64,000 bases of DNA from Vicugna vicugna. Lineage: Eukaryota. This document shows, in pieces, positions 26,900 through 40,439 of this stretch (position 1 is its first letter; each line of letters begins with the position of its first letter). The position numbers were made by a program, and so were the translations under genes. Where the stretch lies: contig MU057487.1 in assembly GCA_013265495.1 (NCBI GenBank), positions 1 through 64,000 on the forward strand, in the 5' to 3' direction. Below the pieces are notes generated by a model that was not told where the DNA came from, ran no database searches, and saw only the letters and a program-made list of their open reading frames with translations.

Positions 26900-27575
26900 A
26901 CTCTACCCCGAGCTGCATTCTCCCTCCTTATCTCTCACCTTGACTCCTCCCCAGCGTCCCCAGATCCACTGGGGCTCACCCCTATATTGTCTACACTGCA
27001 ATCAAAGGGCGGTTTTTGAGGAAGAAAAAATGGTTATCTTGGCATCTGTCAGGCTCCTACCCTTTCAACTGCTTCTCCCCACTTTAGCATCTAGAGTCTG
27101 AAGTTTTTACTGTGTACAAAATCCTGCAAGACTCTCTTCCCTCCTTCCCAGACCTGCAGCCACACTGGCCTTTTTTTCAGTCCCTGCAGCACTCTGCTCT
27201 CCTGCAACGAGGATTCTTCCCAAGCTGCTCCCTCTGCCTGGGAGTCTCTCCCTCCTCAGCCTCGCCCAGCCTGCACTTCAGATCTCAGCTCAGACGCACC
27301 CAAGAAAACCTTCCCTGGCCCTTCTTCCGGGGTCTGACTTGCCTGAGCACATTCTCGTAGCAATATCTATGTATCTTTCTAACAAAGAAACTCGTCACAG
27401 TTTTAAATTTCTATCTGTAGTCATTTAATGCATGCTTGTCTTCCCCACAGGACTGTAAGCTCCATGAGGACAGGAGGTGTGCCCGCTTTCCTTCACTGTT
27501 GTAGTCCCAGCCACCAGCCTACTGCCACACACACACATAGTGGATACACAGTAAATACGTTTAATGAATAAACAA
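26900..27575 (+). mobile_element. L2 LINE 3' portion
   Basis: cacactggcctttttt...gctgctccctctgcctggga...ggactgtaagctccatgaggacagg...aatgaataaa. Confidence 0.6.
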
Positions 27576-27692
27576 ACAAAGAACCCATGTTAAACAGAAT
27601 CTTAGCCAACGAGTCAAAAGATAAATATATGTAAAATATATTAAACCACAAAACTCGTATTTATTCCATATCTATCATTCATTTTTTGGTCA

Positions 27693-28076
<384 letters not shown>

Positions 28077-28269
28077 CTATCTCTATTGCTGGTGTCATGA
28101 GTTAAAGCCTGAGGCACTGCATGAAACACGGAGTATTTAAAGGCAAAGTTAACCTTTAAATCTGGTGCAGGAAAAGCCGTGTTAAGAATATGAGAACCAA
28201 CATTACTACTGAAAGGCAAAAATACTGGTGGCAGTGTTTTGGGGAAAACAAATATTTCAATTAACTAGA

Positions 28270-28870
28270 ATGCCAGGGAATAGACATTAGCAAACCAAAT
28301 CTAGCAATATATTCAAGGAAGTCCACCAAGTTACACTTACTCCATGAATGTATATGTGGTTCAGCATTAGGAAACCCATCAACATGGTTCAAATACCAGT
28401 AAATTAAAGGCAAAACGCCTGTGATTATGTCATAAATTCTGGGAAAGATGTGCTAGAACCCAGCAATCATCCCTGTTTAAAGCTCTGTATAAAAATTGCA
28501 AATAGTATGAGATTACCAGAAACTAACAAACAACAATCTTCCTTCAAATAAAATCAAAGTAAAGGTTATTTCCATTAGTACCTAACATTATTCTGTATGT
28601 TTCATCTAATGCTACAAGGTAAGAAGGAGAAATACAACTATCTGTACAAAAGAGACTCAACTGTAAAAGCCATGAAAAGTATTAAGATATCTGGATAAGG
28701 GAAAATACATAAAAACCAATCAGCTTTTCTCTACACTGCCAAGAGCCAGGGAGAAACAGAGTGTGGGGAGGAAGGAAAATCTCATTCAAAATTACAAAAC
28801 ATCTCAGAATTTCTTAAACCAGAAAGAACTATAAAATTTCACTGGAGGATGTTAAGAAAATAACAACAAA
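28270..28870 (+). mobile_element. Degenerate ancient L1 ORF2 remnant
   Basis: A-rich strand with L1-like motifs (ggttcagcattaggaaacccatcaac; tacctaacattattctg; aatcagcttttctctacac); no intact ORF. Confidence 0.45.
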
Positions 28871-28877
28871 TAAATAC

Positions 28878-30140
28878 TGTGATATGTGATTTACAGTAAG
28901 AAACATATATCTGTTCTTCATCCCCATTCCTGGCACAGAGCTCCTAAAACCATTGAAATTTCATAAGTGATGAGAGCCATAGAGGAGTCTTTTGTTCATG
29001 AGGTGACTATTGGAATGCACCTAAGGGTGGGGGCTGGTTGCCAGGGGTACCAACCTTGTGATTAGAGGCTTGGAATTTTCATTCCCACCCCCTGACCTCC
29101 TGGAAGGGGAGAGGGGCTGGAGGTTGAATCAGTCACCTTCAGACAATGATTTCATCAATCGTGCCTATGTAATGAAGCCTCCATAAAAACCCAAAAGGAC
29201 AGGGTTTGGAAAGCCTCCAGGCTGGTGAACACTTGGTGGTGCCTGGAGAGGGCATGGAAGCTCTGCCCTTTCCCCCATGCCTTCCCCTGGCATCTCTTAT
29301 ATCTGACTGTTCCTGAGTTATATCCTTTTATATTGAACTGGTGATCCACTCAGTGCAAATTAAAGAAAGTTGTAATTCACCATCTGGTTCTACAAGAATG
29401 AAGTCACTAGCACTGCAGTTACTGGCCTTCTCTACATACACTGAAAGGAGTTCAGGGTGGAGATCAGGACCAGGCATTCTGTGCTTTGGGAAAAACTGTG
29501 AGAACAGGCTATTTTAGATAGTTAGATATTTTCAGGAGAAAATTTTATGAACTCAGTTTCTTACATCTGCTCTTTCCTAGAAAAGCACTAAAATCATTAA
29601 TGGAGAGATCTGCTCCTTGCAACTAGCAGCACCCTTCTACCAAGAAATGCACTTGGGTGCACATACCTGCTTCACCAACATCATATATATATTAATAGCC
29701 TCCCCCACCACCTCAGCAGGTCCTGACGGGCTGTCTCCTGGGCTGTAGTCCTCAGTAAGCATCTAATAAAACTTAACCCATAGTTCTCACATTGTGCTTT
29801 TTTTTTTCAGTCAACATAAGTAAATGTTTCCTTGAGTTCTGTGAGCTGCTGTAGCAAAATACTCAAACTCAAATCTAAGGAGGGAGTCTGGGAAACACCC
29901 AATCTGTAGCCAGTCAGTAACAGGGAACAACCTGGGCTCATGACTGGTGTTTGAAGGCAGGTTAGGGAGGTGGGTCTTGTGGGACTGAACCCTTAATGTG
30001 TGGAATCTGATACATCTGCAGGTAGATGGGGTCAGAACTGAGTTGAACTACAGGACACCAAACTGGTCCACAGAGAATCACTTGGATATCTGAGGAAACG
30101 CCTTCCCACACACACATTGGAACTGGGTCCCAGAACCTAA
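28878..30140 (+). mobile_element. MER21-like LTR interrupted by a younger LTR
   Basis: Characteristic motifs (cctggcacagagctcctaaaacc; aatgaagcctccataaaaaccc; tgagttctgtgagctgct). The 3' part is visibly homologous to 190-360 of this window. Boundaries are approximate. Confidence 0.75.
29354..29816 (+). mobile_element. ERV1-type solo LTR nested in MER21 (MER41-like artiodactyl LTR by recall)
   Basis: TG...CA termini; near-TSD TCAG/TAAG; AATAAA at 29765-29770; ends in ttttcagtcaaca; the MER21 sequence resumes on both sides. Confidence 0.7.
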
Positions 30141-30420
30141 AAGGCATAACCATGCTCTTTAGTTGGAAGATTTAAGATAAAAAAAAATGTAAATATCTTT
30201 AAAATGTAAATATTTTCTAAATTAATATATAAATTAAATGCATGTTATTATAATCTGTTGCATATGGTTATATTGTCTTGTTCACTGATTATTTCACATG
30301 TGTACATTCTCTCCAGAACTAATGGGCAAATACTCTGTTTCAAACTTTACAGTTGAATCATATCACCTAGAACCTTACTAGGTCCATTAGAGGGCATTCA
30401 GACAACAGTTATGAGATGAC

Positions 30421-30771
30421 TGTGGCAGACATCACTGATGCTCCCCAGGGTTCTCAAGCATGGAGGACTAAACTCCCTCTCTACCTCCAAGTTAGATATG
30501 GCTGTGTCAATAAAATGTGAGCTGAAGTGACACATGTCACTTCCAGAGGTACATACTTCAAACCCTATGCATGATTGTCCATTCTTTCTTTCCTGGCTGC
30601 AATGATCATGAAGGCACGTGAGGATGCTGGGCTGCTGGAAGCTGAAGCTGCCTGGAATGTCAGGCTACCTCAGGGAGGACAGCTGCCTGGAGAGCTAACG
30701 GCTTGTTGTGTAAAGCGAGTTTTGGCATTGTTTGTCACCACAGCATAACTTAACTTATTCTGACCAATACA
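30421..30771 (+). mobile_element. Old MLT1-like LTR
   Basis: tgtggcagac...aataaaatgtgagctgaagtgacacatgtcacttcc...tttgtcaccacagcataact...ctgaccaataca. Confidence 0.55.
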
Positions 30772-30872
30772 AAGCCTAAATAAACCAATTGCTCTAAAGT
30801 CTCTAATATGGAGGAAAGAAACGGAGCAGAGGGACTATACTTTTATTTAGTGACTTTCATTTTGAGTTTAGA

Positions 30873-31078
30873 GCAGTCATTCTCAATTGGGAACAGCTTT
30901 GCTTCCCAGAGGATATTGGACAATGATTACAGAGACATTTTTGATTGTCAAGTGACTATCAAGCTGGGTGCTCCTACTGGCATCTGGTAGACTGAGATCA
31001 GAGACACACAGAACATCCCCCCGCAGCAAAGAATTCTCTACTCCAAAATGTCAATAGTGTCTAAGTTAAGAAGCTTTC
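30873..31078 (+). mobile_element. MER20-like hAT DNA transposon
   Basis: cagtcattctcaattggg...agagacatttttgattgtca...ctactggcatctggtaga...ccaaaatgtcaatagtgtctaagttaagaagc. Confidence 0.65.
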
Positions 31079-31486
31079 ATTTAGGGAAATAAATGTGGAA
31101 GAGAACTCTTTACTTTTTGTAGAACGAAAAGGAACATGGAGCTGGAGTAAGACCAACATAACTGACACGGAGTTTGTGGCTCATCAGCTGCAACCGTCTG
31201 ATAACAATATGCTTCCAGGTTACACTGTAGAACAGGTATGTATATATGCATACACAGAGAAACCGAGGGAGTGAAGCAAAAGCCTAATGCTGTGCAGCTG
31301 AACAGCAGGGCGACACGTGTAGTGTGGTGTCATGGGGAAAGGGCACTGAACACAAGCTAGAAAGGCTGAGCTCAAATACAACTTCAGCACAGTATTTTTA
31401 AAAGAACTTGATAATAAGTTTCTGACCTTAGGCCAAAGTATTTATCATCCCTGAGCCTTTGGTGTGTTCATCTTTAAAATGGTCCT

Positions 31487-31598
31487 GCCTTTAATGGAAA
31501 AAAATATGAAAACGAATATATGTACATACATGCATGACTGGGACATTGTGCTGTACACCAGAGACTGACACATTGTAACTGGCTGTACTTCAATTTTT
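31487..31598 (+). mobile_element. Very short, young L1 3' fragment with a perfect 14-bp TSD, inserted in a MIR
   Basis: Homologous to 34510-34615; flanked by tttaaaatggtcct at 31473-31486 and 31599-31612. Confidence 0.8.
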
Positions 31599-32779
31599 TT
31601 TAAAATGGTCCTAAAAATTACTACCTCACAGGAATTTTGTGAGAAGTAAATACAATTAAATAAGGTATTTAAATAAAACTGACACTAACAGATGTACAAT
31701 AAATGCCAGTGGAGTTTATGTTCAGTTTTTATATTTTACTTATTAAAATAATTTATGTTAATAATAAAAGTAATTTATTTTATATTGAAATGACCATTCA
31801 AATACTTTTCCATTGTCCTTTGTGTCCTCCATTTGAATGCTGCAGAATATAGACTATTCACCCAATTTTTTAAACATGAAATTCAGCTTGTCTTTTCCTT
31901 CGAGCTGTTGCTGTTGTCATTGTGGGTGTTAACATAAGAAGCCAATGGATGAATCCTCAAATGTGGGCATTATCCATCCTCAGTAAAAATATCTTACCAG
32001 ATCAAGCATCATCTTTCTAAAGCTTGAATCCTACCCACTCTCAGGGAAAGGATAAACCAATTTTTTATCGCCGCTTGGTTTCTAAGTCTAATGGGTTACT
32101 AGGAATTTCCTTGTGGATTATTGAGGATTATTATGGAAATAATAAAAGGATAAAGTTTACAGAGAAAAGTTAGAAACCCAGGAAAGACTTAATGATGCTC
32201 TGAAGATGGACACAGGATCCAAAGTTCTCTTTACCTTATTTCTGACCCCAAAGAATTCTCAGATACCCCATTGGGCCGGTGGACTGAGAGGAAGACCATT
32301 GGCAGGGGCGTTTAGAGTGTCGGAGAACTACACTTCATGAGGACATTGTTCGCTGAGTGTCCAGTCTCTGCAGGAGTGGAATCTTCACCTGGGCCATTGT
32401 CCCTTCCCTCTGGCTGTTAAGTGAGGGTAGGAGACTTCACCTATCCCGATGTTCCATCCCTCCTTCCATTATCTGAAAGACCCCTTCTGCAGGAACCTGC
32501 TGGATGCCCAGCAGATAACTACAGGGTTGGGCAGCCATACCTGTACTTTGGGGGACTGGACACCTCAGTTACATAATTAAGAAATATGACCTTTTGAACG
32601 ACAGTGTACTTTAACTGGCAAAATCTTGAAGTGGTCTGGTAACAGATTAAAATGAATATTCATGGCAAGCAAGCTAAATTTCAAATGTTTCCCAGAATTT
32701 TCTTGAATATTGTACTCTTTGAGTGGTTAGAACTTAGTATTTAGCTAGTAAATAAATGCCAAAATAAAGTGGCTAACAA

Positions 32780-32955
32780 AAAGAAATGATAAGTATGTGA
32801 TGTGATAGATGTGTTAGCTACTGCGACAGTGTTGTAATCATATTGCAATATGGAAATATATCAAATCAACACAATGTACACTAAACTTACATAATAGGGC
32901 ATGTCAACTATATCTCAATAAAATAAAATGAACTTTGAAGTAAAAAAATAAAATA
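32780..32955 (+). mobile_element. Older L1 3' end fragment
   Basis: atatatcaaatcaacacaatgtacactaaacttacataat...tatatctcaataaa followed by an A-rich tail. Confidence 0.6.
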
Positions 32956-34256
32956 AAGTGACTAGCATGCAAGATTTGCATAAATGCCAAAGAATAGTTC
33001 ATAGAGATATACAAAGGGTAAATCAGGATATGGGAGCCTACAAAATAAGAAATCAGAATTCCAAACAAGACTCAATATACAGATCACATTGTGTTGCTTT
33101 AAAAGGTGTTATTTTATCATCTCGTTCAGCCTTGGTCGGCAAATGTATTTAAACGAATCAGGAACCTCAGGAAACTCAGAACAAATCAAAGACAAACAGC
33201 CCCAAAGTTAGTGCCTTAACATATATATTTTCCACATCAAATTTCTAACGGAAATAAGCCGTTAAACATTTCCCATACATTTTCACACACATATAAACAC
33301 CAGTATGTATATCAGATATTTTCCAACTTTTCAGCAACATAACTAGCTCCTCCCCTGGAAATGCTGGAAGTCAGAGTCCATATTTACGAAATTAGTATAA
33401 AATAATTCCTGACTTGTTTAAGTGAGATGTTCTGGACCTAGGCGATGAATAACTAAAGATAAATTCTGAAAACAAGCACTGTAATGAAGGATAGAGAATT
33501 AAAGTTGTAAATTTTACTGAACCATTCTATGGGACATGTAGGCAAAATACTAGGCTTGTTGGAAACACACAGATCAATAGATCTTGCATAATTGGACAGC
33601 TAAAGTGCCCTTTATATGCATCCTATTTCAGTTTGTTGCCCAATAGCAAGTGATCCATTTCTAGTTACATGATATACTAGAGGTAGTAAGATGCATGATG
33701 TCCTTTCTAAACAGTAATTAAACTTCTACTTGTCCATTCAAGAGAGAATGATTTGACACCATTAAAAAGCAATTTTTACTCATCTCATCTTAGTTTTAAT
33801 CTTCTTTTGGTGTGGATGATACTTTAAACTATTTTAAAAATCAGGACTTTTCAAAGATGGAAAGAAGTTTGTTGAAATATGTTTTTAGGGCATAAAAATC
33901 TTCTGTAAAGGTAGTTTTAATGCAAGACATATCAAACTTCAAAGATACAATTACTGGAATAAAGAGTATAGCTTGCACTTACATTGTAAATTGCATTGTA
34001 AAACTTCCAGAGAATTACTTTATGAATAATTCACTATCAATCACGAATTACATCAGAGATTTCTGGCTCCACTACAGACTATTTGGAAAGGTCAACGAGA
34101 AACTACTGTACCAAATGGACGTTCACAGAGTCAACCCAGAACAGAAATTCCCAAACCTGGCTTTGCATTCAAGCCACATGTGATGCTTTTATAAAAACTT
34201 CTATCACCAGGACCTACCCCAGAGATACTCATAAAGTGGTTCTGAAGTGAGATCTA

Positions 34257-34686
34257 CTAGAGATTACCATACTAAATGAACTAAGTCAGACAGAGAAGAC
34301 AAATATCATATGATGTATCATTTACGTGTGGAATCTTTTAAAAAATGATACAAATGAACTTGTTTTACAAAAAAAAATAGTCTCACATACATAGGAAACA
34401 AACTTATGGCTACCAAAGGGGAAGGGTGGGGGAGGGGTAAATTAGGGATTTGGGATTAACATATATAAAACAGATAACCAACAAGGGCCTACTGTATAGC
34501 AACATCTTATGGTGAAAAAGAATATGAAAACAAATATATGTATGTTCAGGTATGACTGAAGCATTATGCTGTACACCAGAAGTTGACACAGCATTGTAAA
34601 CTGACTATACTGACTATACTTAGATAAAAAATATATATATATATTATATATATATACACACAATAAACAAAAAAATGAAAAAAATT
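34257..34686 (+). mobile_element. 5'-truncated L1 3' end with TSD
   Basis: L1 3' UTR motifs (aagtcagacagagaagacaaatatcatatga; gctgtacaccagaagttgacacagcattgtaaactgactatac), TA/A-rich tail, and TSD aagtgagatcta (34245-34256) / aagtgaggtcta (34687-34698). Confidence 0.8.
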
Positions 34687-36449
34687 AAGTGAGGTCTAAG
34701 ATTCTGTGAATTGATTTTTATTTTATTTTTTAGAAATTAACCGGATTTCATATATTACTATGCATCAAGATTCCAGAACCACTAGCCTAGCAGAACCCAA
34801 TAAACATATAGGAGAAGTTTAGTATATGGGTCTCAACACCTTTTAGTAGCAGGGAGACATATAGAGATGAGAGCATGAACTTGCTCAGCTCTACACATAG
34901 ACATATAAAATTAAGCCTCTACTGTCTCCAAAAATAGTTTCAAGACTGCAGATGATTCCGAGACAGAGAGTGAGGCCTGGGGAACTGTTATGAGAGAGTG
35001 TTTATGAGAACATATGTCCATGTGTTTAATGCATATTATCTTCTAAAATGTCAAAACAAACTCTACTTCTGAGTCATGACACACATTTAATATAGTTATA
35101 TCCATTAAGAATGTACTACCATAGAAAAAATTATGAACTTGGGTTTTGACTGTTGCCACTATGATTTAACAAGATTGAACTTAAATAAAATCTATCCTAA
35201 CAATATCACAACTCAGCTAAAGACCAGGGGGAAGAGCTGGATGGCTGACGTTCTGAAAGCTTACTTTCCTGGACTGCAAATCAAAATCAATTTCATTCAT
35301 TTGAATGAATCTGGATGTGCAGTTCCAGGTAATCACATCACAACACTGCACCGTCCGCTTCACCTGTCAGGCCGGGGCCTGTGATACAACAGCTACCGAG
35401 GCATGTGAATCGGAACCACTTGCTCCACCCCAGCTGTCAGTCAAAGGAGGCCTCGCTGGCAATAATGAGTCCATCAGGCAGAGTGAGCACCCAAGCTCTT
35501 TGCAGAAAACACCACAGGGTATTGGTGTGGAAAAGACAAGAGATCTCAGGAAACGAGACAGTTAACATGGACTCCACATTGCAGGTTCCATCAGTAAAGA
35601 CCATGAGAAATGGCAGAGTGACCTTTTCCTGAAGGTGAAAATTAGCATCACTTTTTGTCCACAGAGGGGAAAAATTAGGGAAACCACAGGAATGGTGGGA
35701 TCAACGTATGGACATAGGCGATTAGTTGTCATCACACCAAGAGACCACAGCCCTTGAACCATAGCGCCCTCTTCTCCCCATTCAAACTCAGCACCATTCA
35801 AAGACAGAGAAAATGGATTTGGGGGAGGTTCTTCGTAAAATCCAGCTAAGAATTTAGCAGGGAAAAAAAAAGAACAATTAGCACATTTCCTACGATGGGT
35901 AATTGTGCTGCATTTACCTTATTTAATATTTTATGGGCAATTCAATGTGAAATTAAAATGCGATCGAGCTTTTAAATAATGGGTGAAGAAAAAAGTCTAT
36001 CAGTCCTGCAATTTAGATCTCATTAGTGAGAAAGCAAGAGAAACATTAAAATCAACCTCCAGGAAGCTCCAAGCTTCATTAGCACATATAGTTCCTTCTG
36101 CTGAAAATTTGTTCTCCGGTGTCAGGTGTTAAGTTATTAATGCCAAACTTCTATGCCAAAAGGGTGCTTGTAACAGACTCCAGTTAAGGCTGAATAACTG
36201 CTCAAAGACAAACTCCAACTTAGAGAGCAATGCTAATTATCTGCTTTAATAAAAAAAAGTTTTATTATAGTTTGCTTGTGGGTCAAAGACTAGTGTATAT
36301 AGAACACATGTGACTTTCTATAAGTGCTGTCAGTTTCTTAGGTTTTTTTGGATGTGCTATGTAGTTTATCGCCAAATGAAGCAAATATTTTTGACATATG
36401 TTCTCTCATTTTCTATACTATAAAATGTCATAACTTAATTATGAAGGTC

Positions 36450-36864
36450 TGTTATGGGTTGAATTGTGTTTCCCCAAAATTCCCATGTTGAAGTCCTAAC
36501 CCACAGCACCTAAGAGTGCGACTTTATTTGGAGGTAGGGTCTCTACAAAGGTAATCAAGTTAAAATGAAGCCATTGGGGTGGGCTATAATCAAATACGAA
36601 TGGTGTCCTTATAAGAACTGGAAATTTGAACAGAAACGTACAGAGAGAAGAATGATGTGCAGATAAAAGGAGTAAGATGTTGATCTCCAAGGCAAGAAAA
36701 GAGGTCCAGAACAGATCCTTCCCTCACAGCTCTAAGAACAAATCAGTCCCACAGACACATCGACCTCACACTTGAGACTTCAGAGCTGTGAGAAAATAAA
36801 CGTCTGCTCTTTAAGCCACCCAGTTTGTGGCACTTTGTTATGGCAACCCCAGGAAGCGGATACA
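36450..36864 (+). mobile_element. MLT1 (MaLR) LTR
   Basis: tgttatgggttgaattgtgtttccccaaaattc...aacagatccttccctcacagc...tttaagccacccagtttgtggcactttgttatggcaacccc...taca. Confidence 0.78.
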
Positions 36865-37769
36865 AGGTCTAAAATTCAGACTTAAAATATATACAATTAC
36901 CAAAATATATACAATTATCCAGACTCTCCAAATATCCATATATCAGATGCACTTACAATTAAGCATTTTAATAGATATCTTTCACATTTCATCCTGATGT
37001 TCAGAATTCCTGTAAATACAACTAACACTTGATTGGGGTGCCAGACTGTTCTCTGATACACAAAACTCCCCACCCTCTTTCCTTTACTCATATACTGCAG
37101 TCTATCCACCTGTGCACCTCCGACATGGCGCAAGAGATCTTCAGGCCCCTGGATGGACTACTTGTCTTTTTTCTTGATCTAATAACTCAGTTCTGAAGAC
37201 CTGAGGTATCTGGTTTTGAGAAATAGAGTCTTGGGCCCCTTTGCTTGGCTTTGAGAGTATGGGCCTCAATGGAGAATCACCTGAATTGTATAGAAGCAGT
37301 CTCTCAGATTCATAATTTCTTCAGACTCTTTGTCCCAGGCAATTTGGCCTTCTTATTTTTGCACATTTGTTGTCCTGAAATTTGGTTTATAAGCCATACT
37401 GACAGATTATTGTGGTAAATAGGGCAACTAGCACACTTCACTTCCTTAAAGTTAATCACAAGGTACCACAGACTGGGACAAATAACTAGGCTAGCAGCCT
37501 CAACTAGTTACCTTGATACAAATTTCAACAAAATGTTCCGTTAAAGTATCCTCCTGGCATGTTAATTTTGTTTCCAATGCTGAGTTCCTTCAAAGAGTAA
37601 AATGTCATGTTTTATATTTTTTCACATAATGAACTTGAAAGGATTTGTTCAAAATTAATCACTTGCATAATAAATTAGGAATCACAGAAGATCAAGGAAG
37701 TAATAAAAAAATTAAACATGTGAATTTTTTGTATTTATTTTAAAGTCATTCTGTCTATTCAATAAAAAT

Positions 37770-38470
37770 GTAATGATGTCTGCTTTTTGCCAAGTACTCA
37801 ACAATCAATAGTGAGCAAGACAGTCAAAATATGTCTTTATTTGAGTCTTTATTCTTTGAGGAAGATAGGCAATAAGCAAATAAATATACAAAATGTATAA
37901 AATTTATAAAATTAACTTGTAATGTGCTATGGAGGACTTAAACAGGGAATTAAAATAGAGAACCACCGAAGAGCTAGAATTCAGATAAGATAATCAGGAA
38001 GGTCCTTCCCAAAAAGGTGACATTAAAACAAACATAATGTAGAAAAACGAGCAAGACATACAATGTTTTTATGGTGAGAAGGGTGTACTTTAGGAACTGA
38101 GAGAAACCTAGAGACATGGAGTGAGGGGAATAAGGAAGAAGTGTGGCTTGAGATTGATTGACCAGACCATGTGGAGGTGTATTGATGTGCTAAGGAATTT
38201 GTATAATAATGTACAAGCAATGAAATAAGAGTGAAGGATTTTTAAATACAGGAGTGACATGGACTAATTTTACAGTTTTTAAAAGGTGACTCTGGGTACT
38301 ATGAAGAAGACAAAGGAGCTTTTCAATAGTGATGGCTGAATATAGTTAGTGGTGCAGATAAAGAAGTGGATTAACTCAAGATGCACTTTAGTGGTGGAAC
38401 CAACAGAACTCGTACATTAGTTGGATGAAAGGATTGAGGGGAAGGGAAGATTCCAAAATGACCCTAAGCT
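37770..38470 (-). mobile_element. L2 LINE fragment
   Basis: taatcaggaaggtccttcccaaaaaggtgacatt...ggagtgacatggactaattttacagtttttaaaaggtgactctggg. Confidence 0.55.
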
Positions 38471-39127
38471 TACTAATGTGATATTATAATCTACAGTTTC
38501 TTAACCAGATCAATGAAGCTTATCTGTCTAAGTTTCTTTACTGTGTATTTTTACAAGTTTCAGATTAACCAACATTTTACTTACTGGACACCATGCTAGT
38601 GGCATCCATATACCTAAATCTTGAGACTATCAAACTATTCAAACTTCCTTTCAGTTTTCCACTCAAATCTTTATTTCTATAGTACAAATGTTGAGAAGGT
38701 AATTTTTTTATTGATCTAAGACCTTTGTACACAGGATATGTTGCCCATCAATTAGATTTAACTCATATCCAGGAAATATGCATTATAGACAAGGTGGCAC
38801 ACAATGAAACTGATTGATTTATTTAATAATTCACTAAGAAGATAATTTTAAAATTTATTCTTTGTACGTGTGGGTCTTTATTTCAGCTCTAGAACAAAAA
38901 TGAATTTAGAAAGCAAGGTAGCTGGAAAATGAAAAAATGTCACAATTTTTTTCTTATGTTAATTCTTCCTCGTTGCCAACTAATCATTTGATTTATTGAA
39001 ATATAAAAAAGTTCTGTTGTGAAAAGCATTCTATTAAGTACTTTGAGCCACAATAGCTATTTTCATTGTAATTTTCTTGACCAAAAATAAATCATTTGGG
39101 ATATTTGTATGGTTATGATTCATCTAG

Positions 39128-39295
39128 ACCAATGTTTACTAAATATCAATATGTAGCTGAATCACCTGCAGATCATGTTAAGATGCAGACAGTGATTCAG
39201 TACATCTAGGTTAGAGCCTGAGTTTCTGCATTTGCACAAGCTCTCCTGTGATATCAATGCTGCTGAGTCTTAGAACACACTTTGAGTAGCAAGGA
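39128..39295. mobile_element. MER5-like hAT DNA transposon
   Basis: gaatcacctgcagatcatgttaagatgcagac...gattcagta...ctgagtttctgcattt...acaagctc...cacactttgagtagcaagg. Confidence 0.65.
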
Positions 39296-39726
39296 TTACT
39301 CTAATAATGGTATTTAATCTAAATACTATTATTATATTATTATACATCACAATAGTTCAGTACAATTCATAATGCTCAGATGCACTGAGAAGTAAATGAA
39401 ATAAGGTCCTTTTGTGAGAGCAAACAAAAAGACAAGCATTTTCTCTCTAGTTTTGATGCTAATACTAGAGGCCTAATGTTAATGGTGCATAGAGGCTCAC
39501 ATTTTTAAAAAAAATCCTACTAATTACAGAAAAATTTTACATCTCTTTAGCCCTCTTTCTTGGTTTCTCAGTGAAGAATCTGTAGGAAATCAAACAATTA
39601 TATTTGCATAATGAACTTCTTTGGTTCTAAAACATTCCTCTTTTCTCCTTATTTACAGTGCTCATTGGCCTCTTGATAGGAACCTAAAATTCCCTTTTGT
39701 GTTATATTTTAAAAATGAAGTTTGAG

Positions 39727-39885
39727 GTGGAAAGGATATAGCTCAACTGGTAGAGTGCATGCTTAGCATGGACAAGGTCCTGGGTTCAATCCCCAGTGCC
39801 TCCTCTAAAAAATATATAAGTAAATTAATAAACCTAATTACCTTCCCACCAACAAATAAACAAAGATAAAAGTAATATTAAAAAA
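39727..39885 (+). mobile_element. tRNA-derived SINE (resembles the camelid Vic-1 family)
   Basis: Pol III A box (tagctcaactggtag) and B box (ggttcaatccc), followed by an A-rich body with aaacctaattacc and an A-rich tail; degenerate flanking repeat aaaaatgaagtttgag / aaaaataatgtttgtg. Family name is from memory. Confidence 0.8.
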
Positions 39886-40262
39886 ATAATGTTTGTGATT
39901 TTTTTACATGTGGATGCTGAAAATTGGTGAAGGTACACAGAAAACTTGAAATGTTTGGAACACCAAGGAACATAAAAGAAAACTCTGATGCAGTTAGCAG
40001 TGTTGCAGTCAGAGGTATCAGAAATTAGATACAGTTCCAGAAAGACAAACAATAAACACCTCCTCTTCCTGATGAGATGGAAGTAGTTAGGACTGCAGGG
40101 ACAGAAGAGAGATTCACAGCTAAAAATATTGTAATACTGGGACTTACAAAATCCCTGGGAAGTTTTGCTTCTTTCATTCAGCCTGGAGTCAGGGCACATA
40201 TAATATATTTCAAGATGTCCAAAAGAAAGTCATTCAAGTCAGTACATCCTCCTAAGAATGAG

Positions 40263-40332
40263 CACCTAGGGATGTAATTTGGGCCAGTTAATGTGCACTT
40301 TCTATCTCTGTCCCAAATTACATCCCTAGGTG
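40263..40332. repeat. Perfect 21-bp inverted repeat with a 28-nt spacer
   Basis: cacctagggatgtaatttggg (40263-40283) is the exact reverse complement of cccaaattacatccctaggtg (40312-40332). Confidence 0.95.
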
Positions 40333-40439
40333 GTAGCACATATCCTATTGACCACTTCTATTCCTGTGCATACTCCTAGTTTATTCTTACTATGCTTCTG
40401 TTCCCTTCATAAACTCCGTGTCCTCTACAAGCTCTGTAG

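Noticed and set aside
39727..39803. Possible tRNA gene
   Set aside because: It has A and B boxes, but the acceptor stem does not pair well and it continues into a SINE body with an A-rich tail.
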